64,000 nucleotides of DNA from IMG/VR virus record IMGVR_UViG_3300020470_000460, positions 1 to 64,000 of that record. One strand, 5' to 3'. Under the pieces are notes generated by a model. The model saw only the letters and a program-made list of their open reading frames with translations, was not told the origin of the DNA and made no database searches. Within the stretch, counting starts at the first letter, position 1, and every line of letters starts with the position of its first letter. Below are positions 18,274 to 27,719 of this stretch, in pieces. The DNA is from a virus. The position numbers and the translations under genes are program-made.

Positions 18274-18470
18274 TTGTTATAACGTGCTTCACGATCTTTC
18301 TTCGCTTGTGTTGCTTTAGCAATGATATCTTTCAACTCTTCAGTAGCATTTATCCTCTCAGATATTGACTGTTTGAGTTCATCTCCATCCATTTCTAGGT
18401 TTGAATATTTATTAGTTAACTCCTGTAATTTACGCAGTGCACGTGCTGCTTCATCTGCTTCTTGTGTCAT
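18270..18470 (-). CDS. hypothetical coiled-coil protein
   Basis: ATGA overlaps on both sides. Confidence 0.7.
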   Translation of the reverse strand: MTQEADEAARALRKLQELTNKYSNLEMDGDELKQSISERINATEELKDIIAKATQAKKDREARYNK

Positions 18471-18739
18471 AATTGTTTACTAACAAACTCCTTATTTGTG
18501 ATGTTATTTGTTAACAATTCATGGGCATTTTTGAGCAATTCTGCCCTATTAGAATGGTAATTTATGCTATCTTGTAATGCTGTCCTGACACAACTTACAA
18601 ATTCTCCAGGAGTTAGCACTTCAGACTCAACATAATCTACCACTGCATCTCTGATGTGATGTATACATGCGTTGACATCTTGTTGGTGCATCGCTGCTGG
18701 ATGCTCTGTCTCTGTCACATTTATATTAGAATTAGTCAA
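18467..18739 (-). CDS. hypothetical protein
   Basis: Coupled ORF. Confidence 0.7.
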   Translation of the reverse strand: MTNSNINVTETEHPAAMHQQDVNACIHHIRDAVVDYVESEVLTPGEFVSCVRTALQDSINYHSNRAELLKNAHELLTNNITNKEFVSKQL

Positions 18740-18935
18740 TGATCTTATACTCCCAATTGGTATCGTTTTCAGTATTGATCCAGAACCAGAAGTCTGGATT
18801 GTCTAGTGATGACAAGAATAGTTTATCTTGTCTCTTATGCTCCAGTTTGACAATATTCTTAGAGTTAAGATACTGTACATAGGTGAGTTTAGATTGCTCA
18901 CTGATGGGTGTTACCCACACTTTCTGTCTAAGCAT
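18732..18935 (-). CDS. hypothetical protein
   Basis: V.V.P.S...FL.S....FWFWI...D..W cyanophage-type ORF. Confidence 0.7.
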   Translation of the reverse strand: MLRQKVWVTPISEQSKLTYVQYLNSKNIVKLEHKRQDKLFLSSLDNPDFWFWINTENDTNWEYKIID

Positions 18936-19778
18936 TTAATCTGATTGTAGTCTGGTGAGAAGATTGTCTTGATAAGGTTTGACTCTATCAACACACATTT
19001 GATAGTATGTATCATCGATCTCAAAACCAATAAAATTTCTGAGCATTTCTAGGCAAATTTGGGCAGATGTGCCCGACCCCATAAAGGGATCTAACACGAG
19101 GTCACCCTCGTTGCTCCACGTATGTATGTGACCACGTGCTAACTCTTCAGGCATGGTAGCAGGGTGTTTGTATGCAGTCTTACTAGACTGTCCAAACCCA
19201 CCACTATTCTTTATCCTCCAGATGTTAGTGCGTACGCCCCACTCTTTGATCTCTTTACTCTTCTTACCAGGATCCTTGATTGATCCATCCTTCGCTCTAG
19301 TCTGTGCATTGCCCCATGACTGGTGACCTGCCCACTTATTCTTCTTATCACACAATAGATTGATAGTCTTAGGTTTACCCTTAGATAGTATGAAACAATA
19401 CTCAAACTGTTGAGTATATCTCACACTCTTCGGACCAGATGCAAATGCAGTGCCAGTCTTCTCATATATCATTGTATCATGTAATCTTAAACCCAAGTCC
19501 ATGAAATGTAATGCTTGTCTGAATGATGACCCAGACTCACTACCATTTATGGTAGCATCATTTACATTCCACATGATAACACCACCTGGTTTTAACACCC
19601 TATTCAGTTGTGCTGCAACTGCATAGAATGTATTCTGATCCCATTTACTGCTATCATTATATGTCCTTAAGTCATCATAAGGTGGAGAGGTGACCACTAG
19701 GTCAACACTCTCCTGATCCATCTTCTCCATACCTGCTATGCAGTTGAGATGATATGTTTTATTGATTGGTAGGGACAT
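18936..19778 (-). CDS. beta-class N4-cytosine/N6-adenine DNA methyltransferase
   Basis: TSPPY (motif IV) precedes HPA and DPFMGSGT (motif I); probable start MSLPINK at 19778. Confidence 0.92.
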   Translation of the reverse strand: MSLPINKTYHLNCIAGMEKMDQESVDLVVTSPPYDDLRTYNDSSKWDQNTFYAVAAQLNRVLKPGGVIMWNVNDATINGSESGSSFRQALHFMDLGLRLHDTMIYEKTGTAFASGPKSVRYTQQFEYCFILSKGKPKTINLLCDKKNKWAGHQSWGNAQTRAKDGSIKDPGKKSKEIKEWGVRTNIWRIKNSGGFGQSSKTAYKHPATMPEELARGHIHTWSNEGDLVLDPFMGSGTSAQICLEMLRNFIGFEIDDTYYQMCVDRVKPYQDNLLTRLQSD

Positions 19779-20397
19779 ATGTAGGGTATAAGAATTTCTT
19801 TGCTGGTCTTGTGCTACCAAATACACATGTCACAATATGTGCATCATGCTTTGATATCTCAAGAGTAGAGAATCCATTATTATTCTTTACTTCACCAGTC
19901 TTCTTGTCTTTCTTCTGATCATCTCTCCATCTTGTGATAAGAGGTAGAGTCCTCTGTGATAAATCAACTACACTTGCATGTATTTGATCAAACCCATTGT
20001 TGTCATTATACACTAATTTTGTGCAGAAAACAAGGTCAACCTTAGTTTTACTGTGATTGTTACCAGTTGCAAACGCATGAGGTGACTTGGTACCGAGAGA
20101 TAGTTTATTCTCTACCTTCTGCTTCTCTACGATACAATCATAACCAATGCCCTCCTCTTCAATGTAATCCACACCTAGTTCTTTAGCAACTCTACCTAGT
20201 TGGACATTGAAGATAGGTGCAACATACTTAGTCCTATCAACAGTTTGTTGAAACCATTCTCCTAAGTGTGCAAACTCTCCATCACCTGCAATTTCAACAC
20301 ATTTAGCAATCCTCTCTGATGTGCGAGTGAGAGCAAGTGGAATGATTTGTTTGAGATCAGCAGCGATGTCGTCGTGCGATGGGGGACGTAATTTCAT
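19759..20397 (-). CDS. putative PD-(D/E)XK restriction-type endonuclease
   Basis: GYD.......ENK motif; sits between two MTases and overlaps the MTase start. Confidence 0.5.
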   Translation of the reverse strand: MKLRPPSHDDIAADLKQIIPLALTRTSERIAKCVEIAGDGEFAHLGEWFQQTVDRTKYVAPIFNVQLGRVAKELGVDYIEEEGIGYDCIVEKQKVENKLSLGTKSPHAFATGNNHSKTKVDLVFCTKLVYNDNNGFDQIHASVVDLSQRTLPLITRWRDDQKKDKKTGEVKNNNGFSTLEISKHDAHIVTCVFGSTRPAKKFLYPTYVPTNQ

Positions 20398-20420
20398 CGT
20401 TTTTAAAATTCTATAGTACT

Positions 20421-20477
20421 ATTATACATCAATCAGAGTCATCTGTATCAGCAGTGCCACCACTTTGTAAACTGGCA
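20421..20477 (-). promoter_or_regulatory. early-type promoter GCCAGT..AAGTGGTGGCAC-27-TATAAT
   Basis: Motif copy with TG-extended -10. Confidence 0.6.
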
Positions 20478-21382
20478 TACAGTCCCAATCTCTTCTCTAT
20501 TAAATTAGAATAGTCCTTGTGTAACTCACATCCTAGGTAGTATCTACCCAACTCCTTTGCTACCATTGCAGTGGTACCACTGCCCATAAAGGGATCTAAT
20601 ACTATATCACCCCTCTCACTACCTGCTCTAATACATGGTACAATGAGGTCTCTAGGGAATGTAGCAAAGTGTGATCCCTTGTATGGTTTATTAGTTACCG
20701 ACCATACACTTCTCTTATTCTTAGTAGGGTATGATTTACTAAGACCAGAGTGAGGTGTGAGTCCTGTCCCTTTATTGTGATACTTACCTTTTGTCCTGTC
20801 CCTCGTGCCCCAATCCCTAGCAGGTTCTTTAATAGCGTCATTGTTATAATAATATTTCTTGCTTTTACTCAATAAAAATATATACTCGTGTGACTTTGTG
20901 CACCTATCCTTCACACTCTCAGGCATTGGATTAGGTTTATGCCATATTATATCCTGTCTTAAATACCATCCATCAGCACGTAATGCAAATGCTAACATCC
21001 AAGGTATACCAATTAAATCTTTTTCTTTGAGTCCTTCGAGTCTATTTCCTCTACGAGGACACACATCTGGTAGGTCTTGTCTAGTATTTGAGACTGTCTG
21101 TTTTGCCAGTCCTTGTCCCCTTCCAGGTCTGTAATTATAGTAACTATCGCCAATATTAACCCAACAAGTTCCATCATCTGTGAGCACATTTCGCACCTCC
21201 CTGAATACCTTTACCAAGTTATCTATGTATTCTTCAGGAGTTTGCTCCTGACCTATTTGATCTTTCTCACCACCATAGTCCCTAAGACCATAATAAGGCG
21301 GTGACGTTACACACATCCTCGCCTTATCGATAAATGCTGATAATGTCTCACGACAATCACCATACAATATGGTATCCTTCAT
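20429..21382 (-). CDS. beta-class N4-cytosine DNA methyltransferase (M.SmaI/M.Cfr9I-like family)
   Basis: TSPPYYGLRDY, KDL.GIPW..AFAL..DGWYLR.DIIW.KPNPMPESV.DR, DPFMGSGTT. Confidence 0.92.
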   Translation of the reverse strand: MKDTILYGDCRETLSAFIDKARMCVTSPPYYGLRDYGGEKDQIGQEQTPEEYIDNLVKVFREVRNVLTDDGTCWVNIGDSYYNYRPGRGQGLAKQTVSNTRQDLPDVCPRRGNRLEGLKEKDLIGIPWMLAFALRADGWYLRQDIIWHKPNPMPESVKDRCTKSHEYIFLLSKSKKYYYNNDAIKEPARDWGTRDRTKGKYHNKGTGLTPHSGLSKSYPTKNKRSVWSVTNKPYKGSHFATFPRDLIVPCIRAGSERGDIVLDPFMGSGTTAMVAKELGRYYLGCELHKDYSNLIEKRLGLYASLQSGGTADTDDSD

Positions 21383-21690
21383 TTATTTTTATTAGTTATA
21401 TCATATTCTATCACAATTTTCTGTGACTGTCTACCCACACTGTTAAGAGTACTATATTCTTTCCACTCACCTTTGAGTAGTCTCTCCATCAAGTTTTTAT
21501 CTAACCCACATAGATTAGTACAATTATCAACAGATTTGCGAACAGATTCTAATCCATCAGGATATACTTGTACCTTAAATCCATGTTTATCTAATTCATT
21601 ACCATCCTCATCATATTTCTTACCATCACCACCTGCCTCTAAGTGTGCAAGATCTTGCTTCTCAGATGGATTAGTATAACTATGTGTCAT
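21379..21690 (-). CDS. hypothetical protein
   Basis: Coupled ORF. Confidence 0.7.
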   Translation of the reverse strand: MTHSYTNPSEKQDLAHLEAGGDGKKYDEDGNELDKHGFKVQVYPDGLESVRKSVDNCTNLCGLDKNLMERLLKGEWKEYSTLNSVGRQSQKIVIEYDITNKNK

Positions 21691-21854
21691 TTATCTTTAC
21701 TCCTATTGATTAAAGATATAAACTTATCATTAGCAAATGTCCCACCCAGACACACATCTATCTCATCACCATCTTTCCAATTCTCAGTACCATCCTTCTT
21801 AGTGTGTGCTAGTGCTACTGTTAGATCATCGATGATCTTTTGAGTTATCTTCAT
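21687..21854 (-). CDS. small hypothetical protein (55 aa)
   Basis: MKITQKIIDDLTVALAHTKKDGTENWKDGDEIDVCLGGTFANDKFISLINRSKDK; ATGA overlaps at both ends. Confidence 0.75.
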   Translation of the reverse strand: MKITQKIIDDLTVALAHTKKDGTENWKDGDEIDVCLGGTFANDKFISLINRSKDK

Positions 21855-22549
21855 GATAATAGTTCATTTAAAATATAATTATATGCCTTCACTATATCAC
21901 CTTGTCCCTTCCTAAACAAATCCTTATCAAATGCCTTACCTTCTTTCCAGAGTCGCATTCCATCAGGTGATAGTTCATCAGCAACGAGTATATTCTGTCT
22001 AGAATCATAACCAAACTCCAATTTAAAATCAACAAGTGTGAGACCTATATCTTTAAAGGTCTGTATTAGTATAGCATTAATATTACGTGCTAATGACTTG
22101 AGTACAGGTAGATTAGTACCAATATTAGTAAACTTCATTAATGCTATACGATCCTCTGTTAATAGTGGATCATCCTTAGCATCATCCTTAAGATAGAATT
22201 CAACTAATGGTGCATCAAATACTGTACCCTCTTCAATAGTAGTTTGTCTAACAATACTACCTGCTGCTATATTTCTAACTACAACTTCAATTGGTATAAT
22301 ATCTACTCTTCTACATGCCATTGCTGTTTTAGTTGGCATATTAACATAGTGAGTGGCAATGCCATTCAATTCAAGTAATTGAAATAAGCACTCAGATATC
22401 TTAGCACATACCTCACCTTTACCCTCTGGAAAATCTACCAGTCTACCATTACCAGCAGTAACCTTGTCCTCATATTGTATGAGTACTGTCTCAGTATCAT
22501 CAGTAGAGTATACTGTCTTAACCTTACCTCTTAACTCTTCAATATTCAT
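21851..22549 (-). CDS. purC: SAICAR synthetase
   Basis: GKVKTVY, IPIEVVVRNIAAGS, KDD..DDP, LVDFKLEFG, ADELSPD..RLW, DKDLFR. Confidence 0.95.
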   Translation of the reverse strand: MNIEELRGKVKTVYSTDDTETVLIQYEDKVTAGNGRLVDFPEGKGEVCAKISECLFQLLELNGIATHYVNMPTKTAMACRRVDIIPIEVVVRNIAAGSIVRQTTIEEGTVFDAPLVEFYLKDDAKDDPLLTEDRIALMKFTNIGTNLPVLKSLARNINAILIQTFKDIGLTLVDFKLEFGYDSRQNILVADELSPDGMRLWKEGKAFDKDLFRKGQGDIVKAYNYILNELLS

Positions 22550-22875
22550 GATGTAATGTCCTTGGGTAGATCTTCATTGCCTGGATGTTCTTTAATAACA
22601 CCCTTGTAATTCTTTTTATTATAGAAGTGCTCATCTTCAATATACATATCATCCCACTCATCAGGATATACTAGCACATTTGTCTGTGCTACACCATGCA
22701 ATGTGTCTTTCTTCTCCCATTCATGTGTGGTAACAGTAATATACTGATCACTTATGAAATTAATAACACCCTCATCTCCATCCTTTAACCTAACCTTCAT
22801 ACCTTTCTTCAATGATTTAAGAATGTTTCTTATCTCCAAAGGAATTGCCTCCGCTAAGAATATAGGAATGGTCAT
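22546..22875 (-). CDS. hypothetical protein
   Basis: Coupled ORF; G.I.FI..QYIT. Confidence 0.7.
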   Translation of the reverse strand: MTIPIFLAEAIPLEIRNILKSLKKGMKVRLKDGDEGVINFISDQYITVTTHEWEKKDTLHGVAQTNVLVYPDEWDDMYIEDEHFYNKKNYKGVIKEHPGNEDLPKDITS

Positions 22876-23495
22876 AGTTTTAATTGATGGTCATATCCGA
22901 GACCATACTCACCTCTTAATATGTAATTGAATGCCATAGAATACCTCTCGTCATTACTATTATTAATATTAATAGAATGTGTTAGATGTGATGGGAAGCA
23001 TATTATCATACCATCCTGCGGTGTGATCCTTGATACCCTCATATTATATGTGTTGTATTCCTTAACCTCTGGATATAGAGTAGTAGTACACCACGTAGGG
23101 TAAGTAGCAGGGACATAAAATGATATATCACCACTATTATATGGTATCTGAAAATACATAACACCACTGAATTGTGCGTTGTTATGTGAATGACCGTGCC
23201 CACTATCACCAGGATTATGTTTATTAATCCATGATGTTGTGTGCTCTAATTGATGTTTAGTCTCGTCTACTTGTAACACATCGTAGACATATTTTGATAC
23301 ATGATACTCAACTGTTGCCCTTATTTCTGGTTGTGATACCAACCACTGAGTTTCACTCATCCAACCATTACTATATCCTCCATTGTCATGTTTACAAGGA
23401 GTATTAATAACCTGCTGAATCATTGCATCAGTCAGATCTATTTTATTAATATATAATGGATTGGAAAATAAAGGAACTATCTGAGGATCTCTCAT
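22872..23495 (-). CDS. 2OG-Fe(II) oxygenase (TIGR02466-type)
   Basis: SWIN..HSH..FSGVMY..FPSHLTH..RYSMAFN. Confidence 0.9.
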   Translation of the reverse strand: MRDPQIVPLFSNPLYINKIDLTDAMIQQVINTPCKHDNGGYSNGWMSETQWLVSQPEIRATVEYHVSKYVYDVLQVDETKHQLEHTTSWINKHNPGDSGHGHSHNNAQFSGVMYFQIPYNSGDISFYVPATYPTWCTTTLYPEVKEYNTYNMRVSRITPQDGMIICFPSHLTHSININNSNDERYSMAFNYILRGEYGLGYDHQLKL

Positions 23496-23496
23496 A

Positions 23497-23733
23497 TCAA
23501 ATATGTTTCATGTGCAAAGTATCAATAATTGATTCAATCAGTCCCCTATCATTCTCTGGAACATTTCCATAATGCTCGCAAGCATCTTTTTGATAGAAGA
23601 ATAGTGCCTTCTTTAATAACTCTTTCTGATCGTGATTAAGAATGGCAGTTTTGAGTGACATGTACATTTGTGACCCCTTCCCCATTAGGTCTTGTGCAGA
23701 ACTATTTATTAGTGTATCTAGTTTCTTGGTCAT
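23497..23733 (-). CDS. hypothetical protein
   Basis: Coupled ORF. Confidence 0.65.
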   Translation of the reverse strand: MTKKLDTLINSSAQDLMGKGSQMYMSLKTAILNHDQKELLKKALFFYQKDACEHYGNVPENDRGLIESIIDTLHMKHI

Positions 23734-24440
23734 GTCAACAGTAATTTCTCGATTGTCTTGGAATCGAAACCAACGACTCCCATATCATTAGGTGGTGCAA
23801 TACCACGTTTGTTATCCATCTCAGCACTGGTGAATAAACTTTGTCTCTTTTTTGGTTCCATGTACTTAAAGGACATGATATATCTATTTATCGGATACCT
23901 ATTGGTTGGTGGTCTACCTGAATGGGGTACTCTCCCATCAAATACTACTATTCTACCAGGTATAGGTGACACAATACGTTGTGCTTCTAACCTATGGTCA
24001 TAGAATACAGTCTCACCACCAAAGTTAGGATTCCATTCAGGGTTAAGATATAATACTACTGTCTTATTATCCTCTACCCAATATGGTGCGTCTACATGCA
24101 CACCAGGTGTATCACCTGCCTTAAGCACATTAATATATGCACTGTATAACCAGTCACGAGGGGGCATTTTTGGGCAAATTGCTTCCAAATATTCCAGACA
24201 TTCTAGGTATAGTGGATCCTCACTCGCATCTAGTCCTGAATTTTGAAAGTAAGTAGGATCACTAACTGGTGTGAAATTATATAATTGATGTGTCCAATAT
24301 GTATTCTCTAATTGTACCTCTGGTCTTGCTGGAGTTGGTGGATCATCTGTCCGTGTGAACATATAAGGTAAGAACATTACCTTATCAAATAATTCTTGTG
24401 ATGCTAGTTTAGTATCAAATACTTCAATTGGAAAGTTCAT
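23730..24440 (-). CDS. 2OG-Fe(II) oxygenase (prolyl-hydroxylase-like)
   Basis: HVD..YLNPEW...GGET..PGRIVVFDG..PH..R. Confidence 0.9.
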   Translation of the reverse strand: MNFPIEVFDTKLASQELFDKVMFLPYMFTRTDDPPTPARPEVQLENTYWTHQLYNFTPVSDPTYFQNSGLDASEDPLYLECLEYLEAICPKMPPRDWLYSAYINVLKAGDTPGVHVDAPYWVEDNKTVVLYLNPEWNPNFGGETVFYDHRLEAQRIVSPIPGRIVVFDGRVPHSGRPPTNRYPINRYIMSFKYMEPKKRQSLFTSAEMDNKRGIAPPNDMGVVGFDSKTIEKLLLT

Positions 24441-25194
24441 GAGTGTTTAGTTTATACCATTTTCTATTAATAGGTCTCAAGTGTGGTAACATATGCTGCA
24501 TAGGTACACTAACAGACAATCTCTTACCAGTTGGCATCGCTTGATGATAACAACGTGCTGGAATGTATAATATATCACCTGGTTTTAATACGTGATCTAT
24601 TACACAATTCATCTCTCCTACATTCTCATCATGCTCAAGAGAATCAACTGCAACACTACTTACTTCAAAATCAAACTCATCCTTCAATTGCTTAGGTATC
24701 TTCAATAGATTACTACATCTATTACTATATACTTTCCAATGTGTCTCTCCTTCTACTTGTATTATAAAATTATTTGCTGTGTCTTCATGCACTCTGAATG
24801 AATGACATGGACCTAAACCTGCATAGATATGAAATGCTGTCTTACCATCAAAATATTTCTCAAACTCTTGTATTAATTCTTGCTTCTTACGGAACCCTTG
24901 ATCGAAATTATTAATAATTAAATTATGTCCTTCCTCCCATGCTTGCATTATATCTTTTACTTCAGCACATGGATTTGACCAACAACGTTCATACTGTTTA
25001 AGATCAAAGAACTGTATGATCTGCTTATCAATAAATGTAATAGAATAGAATTGTGGATTGTTGAGACAATACTCTACATCATCCCATGTTGCAAATACAT
25101 GAGGATCCTCAACAATACCTTCCCATAGTTCAGGTGCATCATCAATTGCCCAGTTTTTTGCTGTCGATATTTTAGTTAGAAGCGAAGATATCAT
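24424..25194 (-). CDS. JmjC/cupin-4 (ycfD/ROX-like) oxygenase
   Basis: SF..HED..NFIIQVEG...W.V..LKPGDILYIP...YH.A. Confidence 0.85.
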   Translation of the reverse strand: MISSLLTKISTAKNWAIDDAPELWEGIVEDPHVFATWDDVEYCLNNPQFYSITFIDKQIIQFFDLKQYERCWSNPCAEVKDIMQAWEEGHNLIINNFDQGFRKKQELIQEFEKYFDGKTAFHIYAGLGPCHSFRVHEDTANNFIIQVEGETHWKVYSNRCSNLLKIPKQLKDEFDFEVSSVAVDSLEHDENVGEMNCVIDHVLKPGDILYIPARCYHQAMPTGKRLSVSVPMQHMLPHLRPINRKWYKLNTHELSN

Positions 25195-25831
25195 GATCGC
25201 ATTTAAAATTAATGTTTAATGTTACACGGTACGCATGGTTACCGTATGGATTAGTTGAAGCATGGAACTGATGTCCATCGAATACAAATAAACTATTTGC
25301 TTCAGGTGTTACTCTCTTATGTATAGTATATTCTTGGTTCCTTCCTTTATACCATCTCTCATCTACAGTCCCATAGTTAGGGTCATCATATTGATCAAAG
25401 AATACTGTATCACCATTTGAATCATGTAGATAAAATAGTGCTGCATAATGATCTTCTTCATTATCAGTGTGTGGACAGTTATGGTGTCCCTCCTTACCTA
25501 TGTCTGTTATTAATGCTAATCTTAATCTAAAAAACTCTACCTCATGTGGTAGAGAATCTTGTATAGCATCTATCAATGGTAAGAAATGGGGTAACCAAGG
25601 ACTCTCTACACCATCCTGATCTAATAACATATGGACAAACCCGATGGATCTCTCCTTCTCAGGCACTTCATTCCTTATCTCTTCACCACCAAATTTCATA
25701 TCAGTAGCGAAATCATATGATATATCCTCTGATATAAAATACCAAGGAAATCCATTTTGTCCCGATACTATTTTATTTAAGCGAGAGAGGTACGTTGGAC
25801 CTATTATATCTTTTTTGTGGATATACTTCAT
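25172..25831 (-). CDS. 2OG-Fe(II) oxygenase
   Basis: FPWY..PHTD..GDTVFF..FDG.QFHAS..R..LNIN; probable start MKYIH. Confidence 0.88.
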   Translation of the reverse strand: MKYIHKKDIIGPTYLSRLNKIVSGQNGFPWYFISEDISYDFATDMKFGGEEIRNEVPEKERSIGFVHMLLDQDGVESPWLPHFLPLIDAIQDSLPHEVEFFRLRLALITDIGKEGHHNCPHTDNEEDHYAALFYLHDSNGDTVFFDQYDDPNYGTVDERWYKGRNQEYTIHKRVTPEANSLFVFDGHQFHASTNPYGNHAYRVTLNINFKCDHDIFASN

Positions 25832-26459
25832 CTTCACGATAATAATCAGAGAATACGTGCATATTAAATGATAGAGATATTCTATCATCCTCACTAGCAC
25901 TTCTATCAACGCTGTGCATTAACCATGATGGAAATATTACCATAGTACCAGGTTTTGGTTGCACATACCAATTGACGTAATTATGCTGATGCTCATGCCT
26001 ATCAAAATTCTCATCGCATCCCCATGATTCTTTGAGACATTGATCTGCATATGGTCTGTGGAATTGTAATTCACCACAACAGCAGTTAGGTATCTTTGCA
26101 TAGTATACACCAGCAAACATTGATCCTGAATGCGTGTGGACTGCATTACTATCACCATACTTATTAATGTTTGCCCAGAGATTACTTAATCTAACAGTAT
26201 AATCATTAAATCCAAACTCATCAGCAGCAGCATATGTATTTAATTGTATCTGCTTATGTAAGTCTTTAAATGGTGTGTTATCAATATATGGTACTACAAA
26301 ATTATTTGATTGCCATCCACCGATATTAGATTTACTCATACCTTTAGGATCTTCCTTCTGCACCTCATAGATAAAATCTACTATTAGATCATTATCTAGA
26401 TCACAGTCCTCAAATATCCACAGTGGTGTGGGAAATAATAACTCAGTCCTTAGTTGCAT
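25773..26459 (-). CDS. 2OG-Fe(II) oxygenase (TIGR02466-type)
   Basis: LFPTP, SN.GGWQS, WANIN, HTH, FPSWLMH.V, RISLSFN. Confidence 0.92.
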   Translation of the reverse strand: MQLRTELLFPTPLWIFEDCDLDNDLIVDFIYEVQKEDPKGMSKSNIGGWQSNNFVVPYIDNTPFKDLHKQIQLNTYAAADEFGFNDYTVRLSNLWANINKYGDSNAVHTHSGSMFAGVYYAKIPNCCCGELQFHRPYADQCLKESWGCDENFDRHEHQHNYVNWYVQPKPGTMVIFPSWLMHSVDRSASEDDRISLSFNMHVFSDYYREDEVYPQKRYNRSNVPLSLK

Positions 26460-26835
26460 CCTCGGTTACCTCTTCACTAGCAGGGAGTGCACCCTGTGGT
26501 TCTTCATCATTATTAAATACAAAATCTCTTTCAGTTATATTAGGATCAACATGCTTTTTAAATAATGCTAGTGCTTCAACTGCACCACTTAACTTATTAA
26601 GTGTATCCTTCTTAGTCTGCAAATCTTCTAGTGATATCTTAGTAATAGTACTAGTATAGTGCATATTATCTAACGCTTCTTGGAGTTTATAATACTCACT
26701 CTTAGTATCTTCATACTGTTGTAGAAAGTTCATTACCAATTCGTCAAAGGATATAAGACCTTCAATTTCGTTTGGCAGTTCAGTTGATAATCCTGCTTTC
26801 TCAGCAAGATTCACTTCTCTTACGTCTTCTGGCAT
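26443..26835 (-). CDS. hypothetical coiled-coil protein
   Basis: Coupled ORF. Confidence 0.7.
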   Translation of the reverse strand: MPEDVREVNLAEKAGLSTELPNEIEGLISFDELVMNFLQQYEDTKSEYYKLQEALDNMHYTSTITKISLEDLQTKKDTLNKLSGAVEALALFKKHVDPNITERDFVFNNDEEPQGALPASEEVTEDATKD

Positions 26836-27719
26836 TACTCAAACCTCTCTTTGTTTTTATTTAGGGAAAGAATTTTCTTTTGATTGTCGATGCGTCCTTT
26901 AAGTGTGGTCATCTCAGGGAAACTCATGTACCTGTGATAGTCCATGATTTCATTATTCTTAATGTCCTCCTCATTAGCATCTTCAACTATAACATCAAAC
27001 TCATCATTATTCAACCATTGTCTTGGAATAGGAATCCATTGAGCGAGTGGTGTACCTGCCTTAACAAGATACTCACCCTCTTCAATGGCATGCCAGAATA
27101 ATTGTAGATTGACTTCATATGAATAGGATGGATCTACTATACCTGTTGGTATACTAAACCTATCTTCATCATAATATGGCACTGGTATCTGTAAGAATAC
27201 CACATCTTTATGTGCTTGCACCCTCCAAGGTAGTTCTAATTTAACTACCATAGAGTTAGTTGGTCTCTGTTGATCAACTAAGTGTGACATACCCTCTGTC
27301 TGCTCAGGTGCATGTGCTTTAACAAATGATTTACCACCTGCATCAAATAATACTTGTGATATCCAAGAGAAATTCTTTGCTTCACCATCTTGTGATATAA
27401 CAAAATCTGCTGGACATTGTAGTACCCATCCACTCTCAAATAATTGATGTAATGCTGGACATGTTGCTGCGTGTTGGAATAAACCATCATAATCTGCATC
27501 ACCTACACCATAATTAAGTAATGCAGTGTGATGATTAAATAGTTTCTTGACCTTCATTACAGGACAAGCACTATCCTTACCATAATATTTCTTTAGTGCA
27601 TCATTTACCCACTTTCTTTTTATCTTCTTAGCAGGTATCCAAGGTTGTAATGCTGCCACACCTCGTTGTACTGAGTAGAATCTTACCCACTTCTTGTTCT
27701 TTTTAAACGGATTCCACAT
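26835..27719 (-). CDS. hypothetical protein, possible dUTPase-like beta fold
   Basis: CPA..GW....PADF..K...PW..G.VD..VKAGTPLAQ.IP. Confidence 0.65.
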   Translation of the reverse strand: MWNPFKKNKKWVRFYSVQRGVAALQPWIPAKKIKRKWVNDALKKYYGKDSACPVMKVKKLFNHHTALLNYGVGDADYDGLFQHAATCPALHQLFESGWVLQCPADFVISQDGEAKNFSWISQVLFDAGGKSFVKAHAPEQTEGMSHLVDQQRPTNSMVVKLELPWRVQAHKDVVFLQIPVPYYDEDRFSIPTGIVDPSYSYEVNLQLFWHAIEEGEYLVKAGTPLAQWIPIPRQWLNNDEFDVIVEDANEEDIKNNEIMDYHRYMSFPEMTTLKGRIDNQKKILSLNKNKERFE

